This document shows positions 42,849 through 53,603 of a stretch of 64,000 nt of DNA, in pieces (the stretch's first letter is position 1; each line of letters starts with the position of its first letter). The DNA is from Escherichia phage UPWr_E2. The stretch lies in the sequence record PP418986.1. One strand, written 5' to 3'. Made by a program: the position numbers and the translations under genes. The notes beneath the pieces are model-generated. The model had not been told where the DNA came from. It searched no databases and saw only the letters and a list, made by a program, of their open reading frames with translations.

Positions 42849-43968
42849 TTTTAACCTTAACTGGGTCTATTGTTTCCAGTTTCGTCGCATTAGTGAACAT
42901 ATATAGATGAGTTACTGAATTATTATTTGATAATTCATGGATAACTTCATCAACGTAAAATTCTGTTTTAAATTGGTTTTTACTATCATTAAAAATAATT
43001 TTAACACCAGGAGTCAAGTTAAAATTACCGACAGTAGAACATTTAGCATAGCCATCATATTGCGCCATAGTTTGAAGACGAATAGCTTCTTCATAGCCAT
43101 TTCTATAAGTCATTTCAGAATAAGCACCTGACCTTGACACTACAATAGAGTTTTCACCCTTTCCTGTAGTAATCATTGGCAGTGAAGAATCTAAAAACGA
43201 ATGAGCATAGATAGTAGCATTTTTCATTGGATCACGTTTATGCGGGTTTGATTTAGTCAACCAAACAAAATCATATGCTAATGGATATTTCAATTCTTGG
43301 ACGAATTGACCTATTAAAGTTGGCTCACCTACAATCATTGGATATGGTTCTTGATTTATCATCATATCATAGTCCATCATGTTAACTCCCATGATGTCTT
43401 GCCATACAAATACGAACTTATCGCTTCCTACCGCTAGAGCAACTTCTCTTACATAGGACAAATAATTTTCAAATGTACTAGTCCATGGAATATCAGGAAC
43501 ATAAGCATTTATAGCATTTATTGCTGGAGTTAATAATGTGCGGTCTTGATAAATGACACCAAGCATTTCTTTTATAGATTCACCTGCATCAGGGAAAAAT
43601 GGTCTACCAAATTTAAGATTTTCTATAGAATGAATAGTTCCCAATTCAATAGCAATGATGTTATCGCCTTTTGAATCTACTGACACGGAAAAATGTTTGC
43701 ATCCATAAATTCGTGTTTTAACATTATTAATATCGTTTGCATTAGCTACAGAAATTTGAATTATTTCATTTCCATCCATTTTTGTATGAATGTTTTTAGA
43801 ATCATAAAATTGTAGCATTCCTTCATTTCGACCATAAAGAGAGTCACGCATAGTTAATGTGGTAATAGTAGCAGCTAATTCAACAAATCTATTATTACTC
43901 CAAGCGTCATAACTCTCAAATAATTTAACGCTGAGATTTGGATATCCAGGACGTTGTAACATACTCAT
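42796..43968 (-). CDS. 27: baseplate hub subunit gp27
   Basis: 390 aa, synteny. Confidence 0.9.
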   Translation of the reverse strand: MSMLQRPGYPNLSVKLFESYDAWSNNRFVELAATITTLTMRDSLYGRNEGMLQFYDSKNIHTKMDGNEIIQISVANANDINNVKTRIYGCKHFSVSVDSKGDNIIAIELGTIHSIENLKFGRPFFPDAGESIKEMLGVIYQDRTLLTPAINAINAYVPDIPWTSTFENYLSYVREVALAVGSDKFVFVWQDIMGVNMMDYDMMINQEPYPMIVGEPTLIGQFVQELKYPLAYDFVWLTKSNPHKRDPMKNATIYAHSFLDSSLPMITTGKGENSIVVSRSGAYSEMTYRNGYEEAIRLQTMAQYDGYAKCSTVGNFNLTPGVKIIFNDSKNQFKTEFYVDEVIHELSNNNSVTHLYMFTNATKLETIDPVKVKNEFKSDTTTEESSSSNK

Positions 43969-44717
43969 TGATGTTTATCCTTCTCAATCAGTTTTAATAC
44001 GAATCCGCGTTCGGCAGGAATCATTTTCATTATTGAATTTAAGCTATAATTACTTTTTACAAGCGTGTGATTAATTTGATAAAAAGTAAATATCTCATCT
44101 GGATTAACTAATAGCTTAAACACATCTACTATATCAGTGTATTTTTTAATGTACTTATCACAACACGACATGTGCAATGTTAAATTAATAGGATTCATTG
44201 CATCGAGAATTTTTTCTAATGTTTCTATCTCGATGGCGTCAACTAGTTCTATTTGACTGGACTCGCTAATTTCCTTCCAATCATACCATATTTCATCTAC
44301 TTGAACAGAATGAATATTTTCAGTAATCATCTTTGCTTTATTTTCATAAAACTCAGAAGGAAACTTTAATTTAATTTTAACATTAGCTACATCAAAAACA
44401 GGTTCCTTTAATTCTTTTTGATATATTTCAAATGGAACTGTCTTTTCTTTTTTACATTTTGGACATACAAATGTGACCGGTACTTTAGTTTTACCTATTG
44501 AACCTACAAATACCTGCAAAAATATAAATGGTTGCCAAGTCTTTGGATAGTCTCCAAAATAATCAGCAATTAAATCAGCAATTACTTCTTTTTGTTCTTG
44601 TGGTGACCGATGTTCTATATCGTTTCGAACTAACAAAAAATCTCGATAATCTTCTACCGTAAATGGTTTAAAACGATGAACACCATCTGGTAATTTACAA
44701 CGAATAATGTTTGCCAT
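43965..44717 (-). CDS. 51: baseplate hub assembly catalyst gp51
   Basis: 250 aa, synteny. Confidence 0.85.
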   Translation of the reverse strand: MANIIRCKLPDGVHRFKPFTVEDYRDFLLVRNDIEHRSPQEQKEVIADLIADYFGDYPKTWQPFIFLQVFVGSIGKTKVPVTFVCPKCKKEKTVPFEIYQKELKEPVFDVANVKIKLKFPSEFYENKAKMITENIHSVQVDEIWYDWKEISESSQIELVDAIEIETLEKILDAMNPINLTLHMSCCDKYIKKYTDIVDVFKLLVNPDEIFTFYQINHTLVKSNYSLNSIMKMIPAERGFVLKLIEKDKHQ

Positions 44718-44734
44718 AGATGCTCCTTTTATTC

Positions 44735-44742
44735 TATTTATA
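44735..44742 (-). promoter_or_regulatory. late promoter box TATAAATA (minus strand) for gene 51
   Basis: part of self-complementary tatttataaata, 18 nt upstream of gene 51 ATG. Confidence 0.6.
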
Positions 44743-44746
44743 AATA
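44739..44746 (+). promoter_or_regulatory. late promoter box TATAAATA (plus strand) for gene 26
   Basis: same palindrome, 21 nt upstream of gene 26 ATG. Confidence 0.6.
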
Positions 44747-44767
44747 TGATAAATAAAGGAGCTAAAT

Positions 44768-45394
44768 ATGTATGAATACAAATTTGATGTGAGAGTTGGT
44801 TCTAAAATAATCAACTGTCGCGCATTTACTCTTAAAGAATATCTAGAACTTATTACTGCTAAAAAGAATGGTTCAGTAGAAGAGATTGTTAAAAAGCTAA
44901 TCAAAGACTGTACAAATGCAAAAGATTTAAACCGCCAAGAATCAGAACTATTACTGATTCATTTATGGGCGCATTCTCTTGGAGAAGTTAATCACGAAAA
45001 CTCCTGGAAGTGCACCTGTGGAACTGAAATACCAACCCATATAAATCTATTACATACACAAATAGATGCACCAGAAGACCTCTGGTATACACTGGGTGAC
45101 ATTAAAATTAAATTCCATTACCCTAAAATTTTTGATGATAAAAATATAGCCCACATGATAGTATCATGTATAGAAACGATTCATGCTAACGGTGAAAGCA
45201 TTCCAGTTGAAGACTTAAATGAAAAAGAACTGGAAGATTTATATTCTATCATCACAGAGTCAGATATTGTAGCTATAAAAGATATGCTTTTAAAGCCTAC
45301 TGTTTATTTGGCTGTTCCAATTAAATGTCCAGAGTGTGGAAAAACTCACGCTCATGTAATAAGAGGACTCAAAGAATTCTTTGAGCTATTGTAA
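44768..45394 (+). CDS. 26: baseplate hub subunit gp26
   Basis: 208 aa, synteny. Confidence 0.88.
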   Translation: MYEYKFDVRVGSKIINCRAFTLKEYLELITAKKNGSVEEIVKKLIKDCTNAKDLNRQESELLLIHLWAHSLGEVNHENSWKCTCGTEIPTHINLLHTQIDAPEDLWYTLGDIKIKFHYPKIFDDKNIAHMIVSCIETIHANGESIPVEDLNEKELEDLYSIITESDIVAIKDMLLKPTVYLAVPIKCPECGKTHAHVIRGLKEFFELL

Positions 45395-45792
45395 TGGCAA
45401 ATATTAATAAGCTTTATTCTGATATTGACCCAGAGATGAAAATGGATTGGAACAAAGACGTTTCAAGATCACTTGGATTAAGGTCAATTAAAAATAGTCT
45501 TTTAGGAATTATTACAACAAGAAAAGGTTCAAGACCGTTTGACACTGAATTTGGATGCGATTTATCTGACCAACTTTTTGAGAATATGACTCCTCTTACT
45601 GCTGACACGGTTGAGCGTAATATCGAAAGCGCAGTAAGAAACTATGAGCCACGTATTGATAAATTAGCAGTTAATGTAATACCGGTTTATGATGATTATA
45701 CTTTGATAGTAGAAATACGCTTTTCAGTCATCGATAACCCTGATGATATTGAGCAGATAAAACTACAACTGGCTTCCAGTAATAGAGTATAA
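45394..45792 (+). CDS. 25: baseplate wedge subunit gp25
   Basis: 132 aa; [29 protein letters not shown]... matches T4 gp25. Confidence 0.9.
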   Translation: MANINKLYSDIDPEMKMDWNKDVSRSLGLRSIKNSLLGIITTRKGSRPFDTEFGCDLSDQLFENMTPLTADTVERNIESAVRNYEPRIDKLAVNVIPVYDDYTLIVEIRFSVIDNPDDIEQIKLQLASSNRV

Positions 45793-45818
45793 TGCTTCAC
45801 GTATAAACGTGGTATAAT
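45792..45818 (+). promoter_or_regulatory. MotA-dependent middle promoter for uvsY
   Basis: MotA box aTGCTTcA about 30 nt upstream of inferred start; -10 tataat (45813-45818). Confidence 0.5.
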
Positions 45819-45858
45819 GAATCTAAGTCCATCCAATAACAATTGAATAGAGAACAAT

Positions 45859-46272
45859 ATGAGATTAGAAGATCTTCAAGAAGAATTGAAGAAAGATGTG
45901 TTTATAGATTCGACTAAATTACAGTATGAAGCAGCTAATAATGTGATGTTATATAGTAAATGGCTTAATAAGCATTCAAGTATTAAAAAGGAAATGCTTA
46001 GAATTGATGCACAGAAAAAAGTTGCTCTTAAAGCTAAATTAGACTACTACTCGGGACGAGGAGATGGTGATGAATTTAGTATGGATCGTTACGAGAAATC
46101 AGAAATGAAGACAGTTCTATCAGCTGATAAGGATGTTTTAAAGGTTGATACCTCGTTGCAGTATTGGGGGATTTTATTAGATTTCTGTAGCGGAGCTCTT
46201 GATGCTATTAAATCACGTGGATTTGCTATTAAGCATATTCAAGACATGCGGGCATTTGAGGCTGGAAAATAA
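45859..46272 (+). CDS. uvsY: recombination mediator UvsY
   Basis: 137 aa; MRLEDLQEELKKDVFIDSTKLQYEAANNVM... matches T4 UvsY. Confidence 0.92.
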   Translation: MRLEDLQEELKKDVFIDSTKLQYEAANNVMLYSKWLNKHSSIKKEMLRIDAQKKVALKAKLDYYSGRGDGDEFSMDRYEKSEMKTVLSADKDVLKVDTSLQYWGILLDFCSGALDAIKSRGFAIKHIQDMRAFEAGK

Positions 46273-46496
46273 TGAGATATAGCATTGATGATGCTTTTAA
46301 TTATGAAGAAGAATTTGAAACGGAAATTCAATTCTTAATGAAAAAGTATAATCTCAAGCGTCAGGATATTCGTATCCTGGCCGATCACCCGTGTGGTGAA
46401 GATGTCCTTTATATTAAAGGAAAATTTGCCGGATATCTTGATGAATATTTTTATTCTAAAGATATGGGCATTGATATGCATATGAGAGTTGTATAA
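46272..46496 (+). CDS. hypothetical protein (74 aa)
   Basis: ATGA overlap with uvsY; SD gagg upstream. Confidence 0.55.
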   Translation: MRYSIDDAFNYEEEFETEIQFLMKKYNLKRQDIRILADHPCGEDVLYIKGKFAGYLDEYFYSKDMGIDMHMRVV

Positions 46497-46499
46497 ATA
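46492..46499 (+). promoter_or_regulatory. late promoter box TATAAATA
   Basis: exact tataaata 25 nt upstream of ATG 46525. Confidence 0.45.
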
Positions 46500-46524
46500 G
46501 ATATATAATTCAGAGGAGACAATC

Positions 46525-46692
46525 ATGTCAGATAAGATTTGTGTTGTCTGTAAAACTCCAATCGATTCTGCATTGGTTGTTGAAACAGACAAAGGTCCTG
46601 TACATCCTGGGCCTTGCTATAATTACATTAAAGAACTACCAGTTTCAGAAAGTTCGGAAGAACAATTAAATGAAACGCAACTTTTGCTATAG
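46525..46692 (+). CDS. small putative zinc-ribbon protein (55 aa)
   Basis: SD gaggag upstream; CVVC...H-x3-C arrangement; below track size cut-off. Confidence 0.45.
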   Translation: MSDKICVVCKTPIDSALVVETDKGPVHPGPCYNYIKELPVSESSEEQLNETQLLL

Positions 46693-46715
46693 TGTGACCT
46701 TTAGTCTATAGTTTT

Positions 46716-46746
46716 GGCCCTTCCTTTTTGGTTGGGCCTTTTTTAA
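46716..46746 (+). terminator. hairpin plus U-run
   Basis: ggccc...gggcc stem then tttttt. Confidence 0.5.
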
Positions 46747-46747
46747 T

Positions 46748-46990
46748 TTAAAAGCTTTCTTCTACTTCATCGTCTGAATCTTCTAATTCAGCTCTTTTTC
46801 CTGCCAAAGCATCTCTGACTGAGATGTCATCAGTATCTTTTAATTCAGTTTCTTTAACTCTTTTCTTATAATAAGCTTCAAGTTCTTCTAAACCTTCTAA
46901 TGTTTGACAAGAGGCAATTTTACCCATAAATTCATCAATAGAAGCTTCATAAAGAAATTGTTTAAATTCTAGTAACATCTTTTTCTCCAA
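46748..46990 (-). CDS. UvsW.1-like small acidic protein
   Basis: 80 aa immediately downstream of uvsW on the same strand. Confidence 0.6.
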   Translation of the reverse strand: MEKKMLLEFKQFLYEASIDEFMGKIASCQTLEGLEELEAYYKKRVKETELKDTDDISVRDALAGKRAELEDSDDEVEESF

Positions 46991-47003
46991 AGGGCCGAAG
47001 CCC

Positions 47004-48515
47004 TTATAAATTAACTGTTTTCATTACGTAATTAAATTTTTCATCTGCGTAGCGCTGAATACGATCAATGCCGTGTTTTAAAAGATAGTTCAAGTGAACA
47101 TATTTCTTTTTAGTATTAGCAGATTTTGGCTTGACACCACAGTCATCTATGAGGTCCCAGACTGTTGCGATTGTTTTAGAACCATGTTTACGTAATACGC
47201 GACCTATTGTTTGTAATACAATGATTTTTGATTTAACACCGTGCGCTAAAACAACGTGATGCAGATTTTTAACTGAAATACCAGTAGAAAATACACCATA
47301 ACTAGCTACTATAATTATTCCTTTACCATTTTCAGCTAAGGTTTTCATTATATTGCGGGTTTCGGTATCAACTTCCCCTGATACGTAATAAACTTTATCG
47401 TATTCATTTTTAATTAAATCGAAAATAGCTTTACCATGCGATACATGTTTAAACATGACAAAAGCGTTTTCATCTTTTTGCGCAAGCTTAATAGCTAATT
47501 TAGCGATCCATTTATTTCTTTTACTAAGCCCAGTAATAATTTTTATTTCTTCTTGATAAGTTTTTCCCTTTAATTTAGTAGTGAACTCATCGGGATAGCG
47601 AAGAAAAATACTATTAATTTTTAACTCAGTTACTTGTCCATCTTCCATTAATTTAGAGGTCGTTACTGGCTTAAATATTTCACCGAACATTCCAACATAC
47701 TGCATGATATTGGCTTTGCCATCACGTAATGAACCAGACAAACCGAATTTGAACATGCAGTTATTTAAACCTGATATGATAGATGAAATACTTTTTCCTG
47801 TAGCAAGATGACATTCATCATTCATCATCATTCCAAACTGTGAGAACCATTCTTTCGGTTGTTTTACTACAGTTTGCCATGTACCAACAACGACCGGTGC
47901 ATCATTTTTATATTTATCATCTTTTGATGCTCCACCACCGATTTTCTTTATCATTGCATGACTGAATAAACGATAGTCAACAAAGTCATCAGCCATCTGA
48001 GTTGTCAGAGCAGTTGTTGGAACAATGATAAGAATTTTACCTTCATAATTTTCCAAATAATATCGCGCAAGCAAAGCTTGAATTAACGATTTACCAGCGG
48101 ATGTTGGAAGATTAAGAATTCTACGACGATTAACTAATCCTTCGAACACTGCATCTTTTTGATACCAGTGTGGTTCAATTCTTTTATTTCCTGAATAGAT
48201 TTCTAATTTAGAAAGCCATTCATCAAAATCTTTTCTTGATAATTCTTCTTTTTCGTTAATTTGTGGGTCAATCCAGGCTTTATAGCCAAAGTTATCACAG
48301 AACTTTTTAATTTGCCCGACTAAGCCGAATGGAAGAAGACGATTATAATCTAACAGACGGATTCGTCCATCCCAGTGGCCATATCTGTACTTCGGATTAA
48401 AACGATACCCATCAGCTTCAAAGCTAAAGAAATCACGGAGTTCATGAAATGTACTTTCTTCACAATCAATTCTCACGTGACTAAAATCATAAAAATGTAC
48501 TTTAATGTCAGTCAT
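47004..48515 (-). CDS. uvsW: UvsW RNA-DNA/DNA-DNA helicase
   Basis: 503 aa; SF2 helicase motifs (PTSAGKS Walker A, DECH). Confidence 0.92.
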   Translation of the reverse strand: MTDIKVHFYDFSHVRIDCEESTFHELRDFFSFEADGYRFNPKYRYGHWDGRIRLLDYNRLLPFGLVGQIKKFCDNFGYKAWIDPQINEKEELSRKDFDEWLSKLEIYSGNKRIEPHWYQKDAVFEGLVNRRRILNLPTSAGKSLIQALLARYYLENYEGKILIIVPTTALTTQMADDFVDYRLFSHAMIKKIGGGASKDDKYKNDAPVVVGTWQTVVKQPKEWFSQFGMMMNDECHLATGKSISSIISGLNNCMFKFGLSGSLRDGKANIMQYVGMFGEIFKPVTTSKLMEDGQVTELKINSIFLRYPDEFTTKLKGKTYQEEIKIITGLSKRNKWIAKLAIKLAQKDENAFVMFKHVSHGKAIFDLIKNEYDKVYYVSGEVDTETRNIMKTLAENGKGIIIVASYGVFSTGISVKNLHHVVLAHGVKSKIIVLQTIGRVLRKHGSKTIATVWDLIDDCGVKPKSANTKKKYVHLNYLLKHGIDRIQRYADEKFNYVMKTVNL

Positions 48516-48544
48516 GTCTAAATACCATGTAATAAATATATCTA

Positions 48545-48552
48545 TATTTATA
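48545..48552 (-). promoter_or_regulatory. late promoter box TATAAATA (minus strand) for uvsW
   Basis: plus-strand tatttata 30 nt upstream of uvsW ATG. Confidence 0.5.
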
Positions 48553-48565
48553 CTGAGGAAATATT

Positions 48566-49246
48566 ATGATAGATAAAGATTATATTGCAGAGCTGAAGGC
48601 TCTTGATGATAACAAAGAAGCTAAAGCTAAATTAGCTGAATATGCTGAACAGTTTGGTATAAAGGTCAAAAAGAATAAATCTTTTGATAATATCGTTGTT
48701 GATATTGAAGAAGCCCTCCAGAAGCTCGCTAGTGAACCTATGCCGGAGACTGATGGGTTATCTATTAAAGACTTAATTGATGCTGCTGATGCTGCAGAGG
48801 GGTTAAAATATGACGATGAAGAAGTCAATCCAGAAGCAGCACTTTTGATTGATTCTCCGGTTAAATCTGACATTAAAATTGAAGTAGTAGAAACAGATAA
48901 AATTCCTGAAAATACCACTGTTTTAATTGAAGATACTCCTTTTGTTGAAGAAAAATTCGAACAGGCTGTAGCTGAGATTATTGAATCTGAAAAGCCGTCT
49001 GTATTTACTCTTCCGGAAAACTTTAGCCCGAATCTTCAGTTGATTGGAAAAAATCCAGGATTCTGTACTGTTCCTTGGTGGATTTATCAATGGATTGCTG
49101 AAACTCCTGATTGGAAATCTCACCCAACTAGTTTTGAACATGCGTCAGCACACCAAACTTTATTTAGCTTAATTTATTACATTAACCGTGACGGATCAGT
49201 TTTAATTCGTGAAACACGCAACTCTTCTTTCGTAACATTAAAATAA
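48566..49246 (+). CDS. inh: Inh-like inhibitor of prohead protease
   Basis: 226 aa; position upstream of hoc as in T4. Confidence 0.8.
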   Translation: MIDKDYIAELKALDDNKEAKAKLAEYAEQFGIKVKKNKSFDNIVVDIEEALQKLASEPMPETDGLSIKDLIDAADAAEGLKYDDEEVNPEAALLIDSPVKSDIKIEVVETDKIPENTTVLIEDTPFVEEKFEQAVAEIIESEKPSVFTLPENFSPNLQLIGKNPGFCTVPWWIYQWIAETPDWKSHPTSFEHASAHQTLFSLIYYINRDGSVLIRETRNSSFVTLK

Positions 49247-49255
49247 GGATAACTT

Positions 49256-50673
49256 ATGGCTTTTACAGTTGATATAACTCCTAAAACACCGACAGGGGTT
49301 ATTGATGAAACTAAGCAGTTTACTGCTACACCCAGTGGTGAAACTGGAGGCGGAACTATTACATATGCTTGGACTGTAGATGATGCTCCACAAGATGGAG
49401 CTGAAGCAACTTTTGATTATGTATTAAAAGGACCTGCTGGACAAAAGACTATTAAAGTAGTTGCAACAAATACAGTTCCAGATACTGATGCTGAAACAGC
49501 AGAAGCTACTACAACTATCACAGTTCAAAATAAGACACAAACGACCACCTTAGCTGTAACTCCTAATAGCCCTGACGCTGGAGTAATTGGAACAGCTGTT
49601 CAATTTACTGCTGCCTTAGATTCGCAGCCACCAGGCGCATCGGCTACGTATCAATGGTACGTTGACGGTTCTCCTGCGGGCGAAGCAACTTCTGCTACAT
49701 TCAATTACACTCCTGACACAAGCGGAGTTAAAAAATCAAGTGTGTAGCTCAAGTAACCGCGACAGATTATGATACAAAGGAAGTTACTTCGAATGAAGTA
49801 TCACTGACTGTTAATAAAAAGGAGCAGACAACTACTTTGGCAGTAACTCCTGATAGTCCTCCAGCGGGAGTAATCGGAACCCCAGTTCAATTTACTGCTG
49901 CCTTAGCTTCTCAACCTGATGGAGCGTCTGCTACGTATCAGTGGTATGTAGATGATTCACAAGTTGGTGGAGAAACTAACTCTACATTTAGCTATACTCC
50001 AACTACAAGTGGAGTAAAAAGAATTAAATGCGTAGCCCAAGTAACTGCTGAAAATTACAATGAAAAGGAAGTTACTTCTAATGAAGTATCATTGACAGTT
50101 AATAAGAAGACAATGAATCCACAGGTTACATTGACTCCTCCTTCTATTAATGTTCAGCAAGATGCTTCGGCTACATTTACGGCTAATGTTACGGGTGCTC
50201 CAGAAGAAGCACAAATTACTTACTCATGGAAGAAAGATTCTTCTCCTGTAGAAGGGTCAACTAACGTATATACTGTCGATACCTCATCTGTTGGAAGTCA
50301 AACTATTGAAGTTACTGCTGTCGTTACTGCAACTGATTACGATAGCAAAACTATTACAGCAGAAGGTCAAGTTCAGGTAACTGATAAAGTTGCTCCAGAA
50401 CCAGAAGGTGAACTACCTTATGTTCATCCTCTTCCACATCGTACTTCAGCTTATATCTGGTGCGGTTGGTGGGTTATGGATGAAATCCAAAAAATGACCG
50501 AAGAAGGTAAAGATTGGAAAACTGACGACCCAGATAGTAAATATTACCTACATCGTTACACTCTTCAGAAGATGATGAAAGACTATCCAGAAGTTGATGT
50601 TCAAGAATCGCGTAATGGATACATCATTCATAAAACTGCTTTAGAAACTGGTATCATCTATACCTATCCATAA
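49256..50673 (+). CDS. hoc: Hoc outer capsid decoration protein, interrupted by a -1 frameshift in an A6 run (49730-49735); four Ig-like domains
   Basis: ORF 49256-49747 and ORF 49837-50673 together read as Hoc if one A is added to the run; C-terminal ...YVHPLPHRTSAYIWCGWWVMDEIQK... matches T4 Hoc. Confidence 0.8.
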
Positions 50674-50684
50674 TCATAATCATA

Positions 50685-50712
50685 AGGGGCTTCGGCCCCT
50701 TTCTTCATTTTG
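50685..50712 (+). terminator. rho-independent terminator after hoc
   Basis: aggggc-ttcg-gcccct then ttcttcatttt. Confidence 0.75.
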
Positions 50713-50768
50713 AAAGCACACAAAACATACTCAGAAAATGATGTATATAATGGCATCAACTCGATAAC

Positions 50769-50984
50769 ATGAGATTGATTATGAGAACTGAGGTTGTGGT
50801 GTTTACTCTTCATGAGTCTGGAAAGTCATTCATTGAAATTGCTCGTGAATTAAACTTACAGGCAAAAGAAGTGGCTGTATTATGGGCTCGAGCTATGACT
50901 GCTAAGAATAAATTTGAAACTCGAGAAAAAGTCGTCTATAGAAAAAGACATATCAATAAAAAGGTGAAAAATGGAACAGTATGA
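50769..50984 (+). CDS. hypothetical small protein, possible helix-turn-helix
   Basis: 71 aa; SGKSFIEIARELNLQAKEVAVLWARA resembles an HTH. Confidence 0.45.
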   Translation: MRLIMRTEVVVFTLHESGKSFIEIARELNLQAKEVAVLWARAMTAKNKFETREKVVYRKRHINKKVKNGTV

Positions 50985-51249
50985 TCTTTATGAAAATGAA
51001 TCTTTTGCTAATCGATTACGCGAAAAAGCACTTAAAAGTAAACAGTTTAAGCTAGAGTGTTTTATTAAAGATTTTTCGGAACTTGCTAATAAAGCAGCTG
51101 AACAAGGTAAAACATATTTTAGTTATTATTGTACTGCTCGCGATAAATTGATTACTGAAGAAATTGGTGATTGGCTGAGAAAAGAAGGATTTAGCTTTAA
51201 AGTCAATAGTGATCAGCGTGATGGTGATTGGTTAGAAATTACATTTTGA
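50971..51249 (+). CDS. hypothetical protein (92 aa)
   Basis: SD aaggtga upstream. Confidence 0.5.
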   Translation: MEQYDLYENESFANRLREKALKSKQFKLECFIKDFSELANKAAEQGKTYFSYYCTARDKLITEEIGDWLRKEGFSFKVNSDQRDGDWLEITF

Positions 51250-51258
51250 GGATTAATT

Positions 51259-52263
51259 ATGTTTAAAAAGTATAGCAGTCTTGAAAATCATTACAACTCT
51301 AAATTTATTGAAAAACTTTATAGCTTGGGATTGACTGGTGGGGAGTGGGTAGCTCGTGAAAAGATTCACGGCACAAATTTCTCATTGATTATTGAGCGTG
51401 ATAAAGTAACTTGCGCTAAACGCACTGGTCCTATTCTTCCTGCTGAAGATTTCTTTGGGTATGAAATTATTTTGAAGAATTACTCTGATTCCATTAAAGC
51501 AGTACAAGATATTATGGAAACTTCAGCGGTTGTATCTTATCAAGTTTTTGGCGAATTCGCTGGACCTGGCATTCAGAAGAATGTCGATTATGGCGATAAA
51601 GATTTTTATGTATTTGACATTATTGTTACTACAGAAAGTGGTGATGTGACTTATGTCGATGATTATATGATGGAATCATTCTGCAATACATTTAAATTTA
51701 AAATGGCTCCACTTTTGGGTCGCGGTAAATTTGAAGAACTTATTAAATTGCCAAATGATTTAGATTCTGTCGTCCAGGATTATAATTTTACGGTAGACCA
51801 TGCTGGATTAGTTGATGCAAATAAATGCGTTTGGAATGCTGAAGTAAAAGGCGAAGTATTTACCGCTGAAGGATATGTATTGAAACCTTGTTATCCTTCT
51901 TGGATGCCTAATGGCAATCGCGTAGCTATCAAATGCAAGAACTCTAAATTTAGTGAAAAGAAAAAGTCTGATAAGCCTATTAAAGCTAAAGTTGAACTGT
52001 CAGAAGCTGATAACAAATTGGTTGGAATTTTAGCTTGTTACGTTACACTGAACCGAGTAAATAACGTTATTTCTAAAATTGGTGAAATTGGTCCAAAAGA
52101 TTTTGGAAAGGTGATGGGGCTAACTGTTCAAGATATTTTGGAAGAAACTTCTCGTGAAGGTATTACTCTAACTCAAGCGGATAATCCTTCTTTGATTAAG
52201 AAGGAATTAGTTAAAATGGTACAAGATGTACTTCGTCCGGCTTGGATTGAATTGGTAAGTTAA
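51259..52263 (+). CDS. rnlB: RNA ligase 2
   Basis: 334 aa; [42 protein letters not shown] (ligase KxHG motif) matches T4 Rnl2. Confidence 0.92.
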   Translation: MFKKYSSLENHYNSKFIEKLYSLGLTGGEWVAREKIHGTNFSLIIERDKVTCAKRTGPILPAEDFFGYEIILKNYSDSIKAVQDIMETSAVVSYQVFGEFAGPGIQKNVDYGDKDFYVFDIIVTTESGDVTYVDDYMMESFCNTFKFKMAPLLGRGKFEELIKLPNDLDSVVQDYNFTVDHAGLVDANKCVWNAEVKGEVFTAEGYVLKPCYPSWMPNGNRVAIKCKNSKFSEKKKSDKPIKAKVELSEADNKLVGILACYVTLNRVNNVISKIGEIGPKDFGKVMGLTVQDILEETSREGITLTQADNPSLIKKELVKMVQDVLRPAWIELVS

Positions 52264-52269
52264 ATAAAA

Positions 52270-52297
52270 AGGGACCTTTCGGTCCCTTTGTTTTATT
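52270..52297. terminator. bidirectional terminator between rnlB and gene 24
   Basis: agggacc-tttc-ggtccct flanked by A-run upstream and T-run downstream. Confidence 0.7.
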
Positions 52298-53576
52298 CAT
52301 CAATGATAATTTTTGGTAGCTTAACACCTAATAAAACAGACAAATCTGAACGACCCGCCATTTTATCCATATCTCCACCATCAATTACTCTTGCTTCTTT
52401 TTCATCTTTTGCTACAGTGTAAGGATTTGCAGATAAAGCATATCTAACTAATAAACCGATAGATGGCTGCAAACTTTCTGGATCAACTACAACTTTAAAT
52501 GCACCTACATGTTCAGGGTCATCTAAGTCAAGACCTTCTGTATACGGAGCATAGAAAATTGATCCAACAATTTCTTTTTCACCAATATTTTCTACTACGC
52601 CAACGATTACATAATCTAATGGACTGTTGGTATCGCAATAAAGCGGTAAACCATTAGCTAAGAACCCGTAGGCATTTTGTGAAAGATATTTGTCATCTTC
52701 TGGTTTATGTTTTAACCAACCTGATGCAGCAAGAATCGCAGCGGCACGAGCTGAAGCAACACAGAACGTTGCTGTATAAGTTGATTCTTTCTGGATATGT
52801 GAAACCATTTCACACACCATTCGGTATAATGAACGACCAGCTTCAGGTGCAGATGCATAACTCAAATCAATGAATCCAGTATCAGTAATTCCTGTAACTT
52901 TATAGCGTTTTGACACTGTAATCAAAGACTGCAGAATATCTTTATTGATTTCATCTGCCATTTCAGTTGCAAGCAAATCTTCCAAGAAATTAGGAGCATC
53001 GAATCCATTTGCTTCTAAATCTTGTGCTAATTCAACTGTGATACCAGTTTTAAGTTTACGAGATTTAACTGCGGTTTGCCATTTATTAATCTGAAATCTA
53101 GCATCCGCAATTTCACTATCAGAGCTTTCAAATTTGCTTGTTGACGCTGCGTCAGAAAATAGACGAACCTTTAAAAGAACGATTGCAATCTGAAGAGCTA
53201 ATTCTAAATCGCTTTCTTCAATATCAGCAAATGGTGTATCTTCTAATACTTTATAAACGATATTATTATATTTGAATAAATCGCCTTTATTGAGAGTTAA
53301 TTTAGACTCTTCTGTTAATTCTGTGATTTGTTCTCGGTCTACATACCCAGCTTCGCCAGCGTAAGTAGCACCAGTTTTAAATGTAAATTCGTTATCCGGG
53401 TTAAGGTATTTGATACCATAAAAAGCAGCAACAGGTTGATTAGTTCTTTGCGTTGCTACAATGTCAGAATATATTAATTTAGTGGTAGCGCGAGTCAAAG
53501 CAACGAGATTTGGGCGACCGATTGAGTTGCTATTCGTTGTGGTTGATTCGCGCAGAAGTTCGTTGATTTTAGCCAT
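52293..53576 (-). CDS. 24: head vertex protein gp24
   Basis: 427 aa, synteny, gp23-like fold. Confidence 0.92.
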   Translation of the reverse strand: MAKINELLRESTTTNSNSIGRPNLVALTRATTKLIYSDIVATQRTNQPVAAFYGIKYLNPDNEFTFKTGATYAGEAGYVDREQITELTEESKLTLNKGDLFKYNNIVYKVLEDTPFADIEESDLELALQIAIVLLKVRLFSDAASTSKFESSDSEIADARFQINKWQTAVKSRKLKTGITVELAQDLEANGFDAPNFLEDLLATEMADEINKDILQSLITVSKRYKVTGITDTGFIDLSYASAPEAGRSLYRMVCEMVSHIQKESTYTATFCVASARAAAILAASGWLKHKPEDDKYLSQNAYGFLANGLPLYCDTNSPLDYVIVGVVENIGEKEIVGSIFYAPYTEGLDLDDPEHVGAFKVVVDPESLQPSIGLLVRYALSANPYTVAKDEKEARVIDGGDMDKMAGRSDLSVLLGVKLPKIIIDE

Positions 53577-53603
53577 TGCGCTTTCCTTTCAGTTTATATG
53601 ATT

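Noticed and set aside
49730-49735. Programmed -1 ribosomal frameshift as the primary explanation for the hoc break
   Set aside because: An A6 run could support slippage, but there is no classic X XXY YYZ heptamer or downstream stimulatory structure; a homopolymer error or null allele is more parsimonious. Kept as an alternative in the finding.
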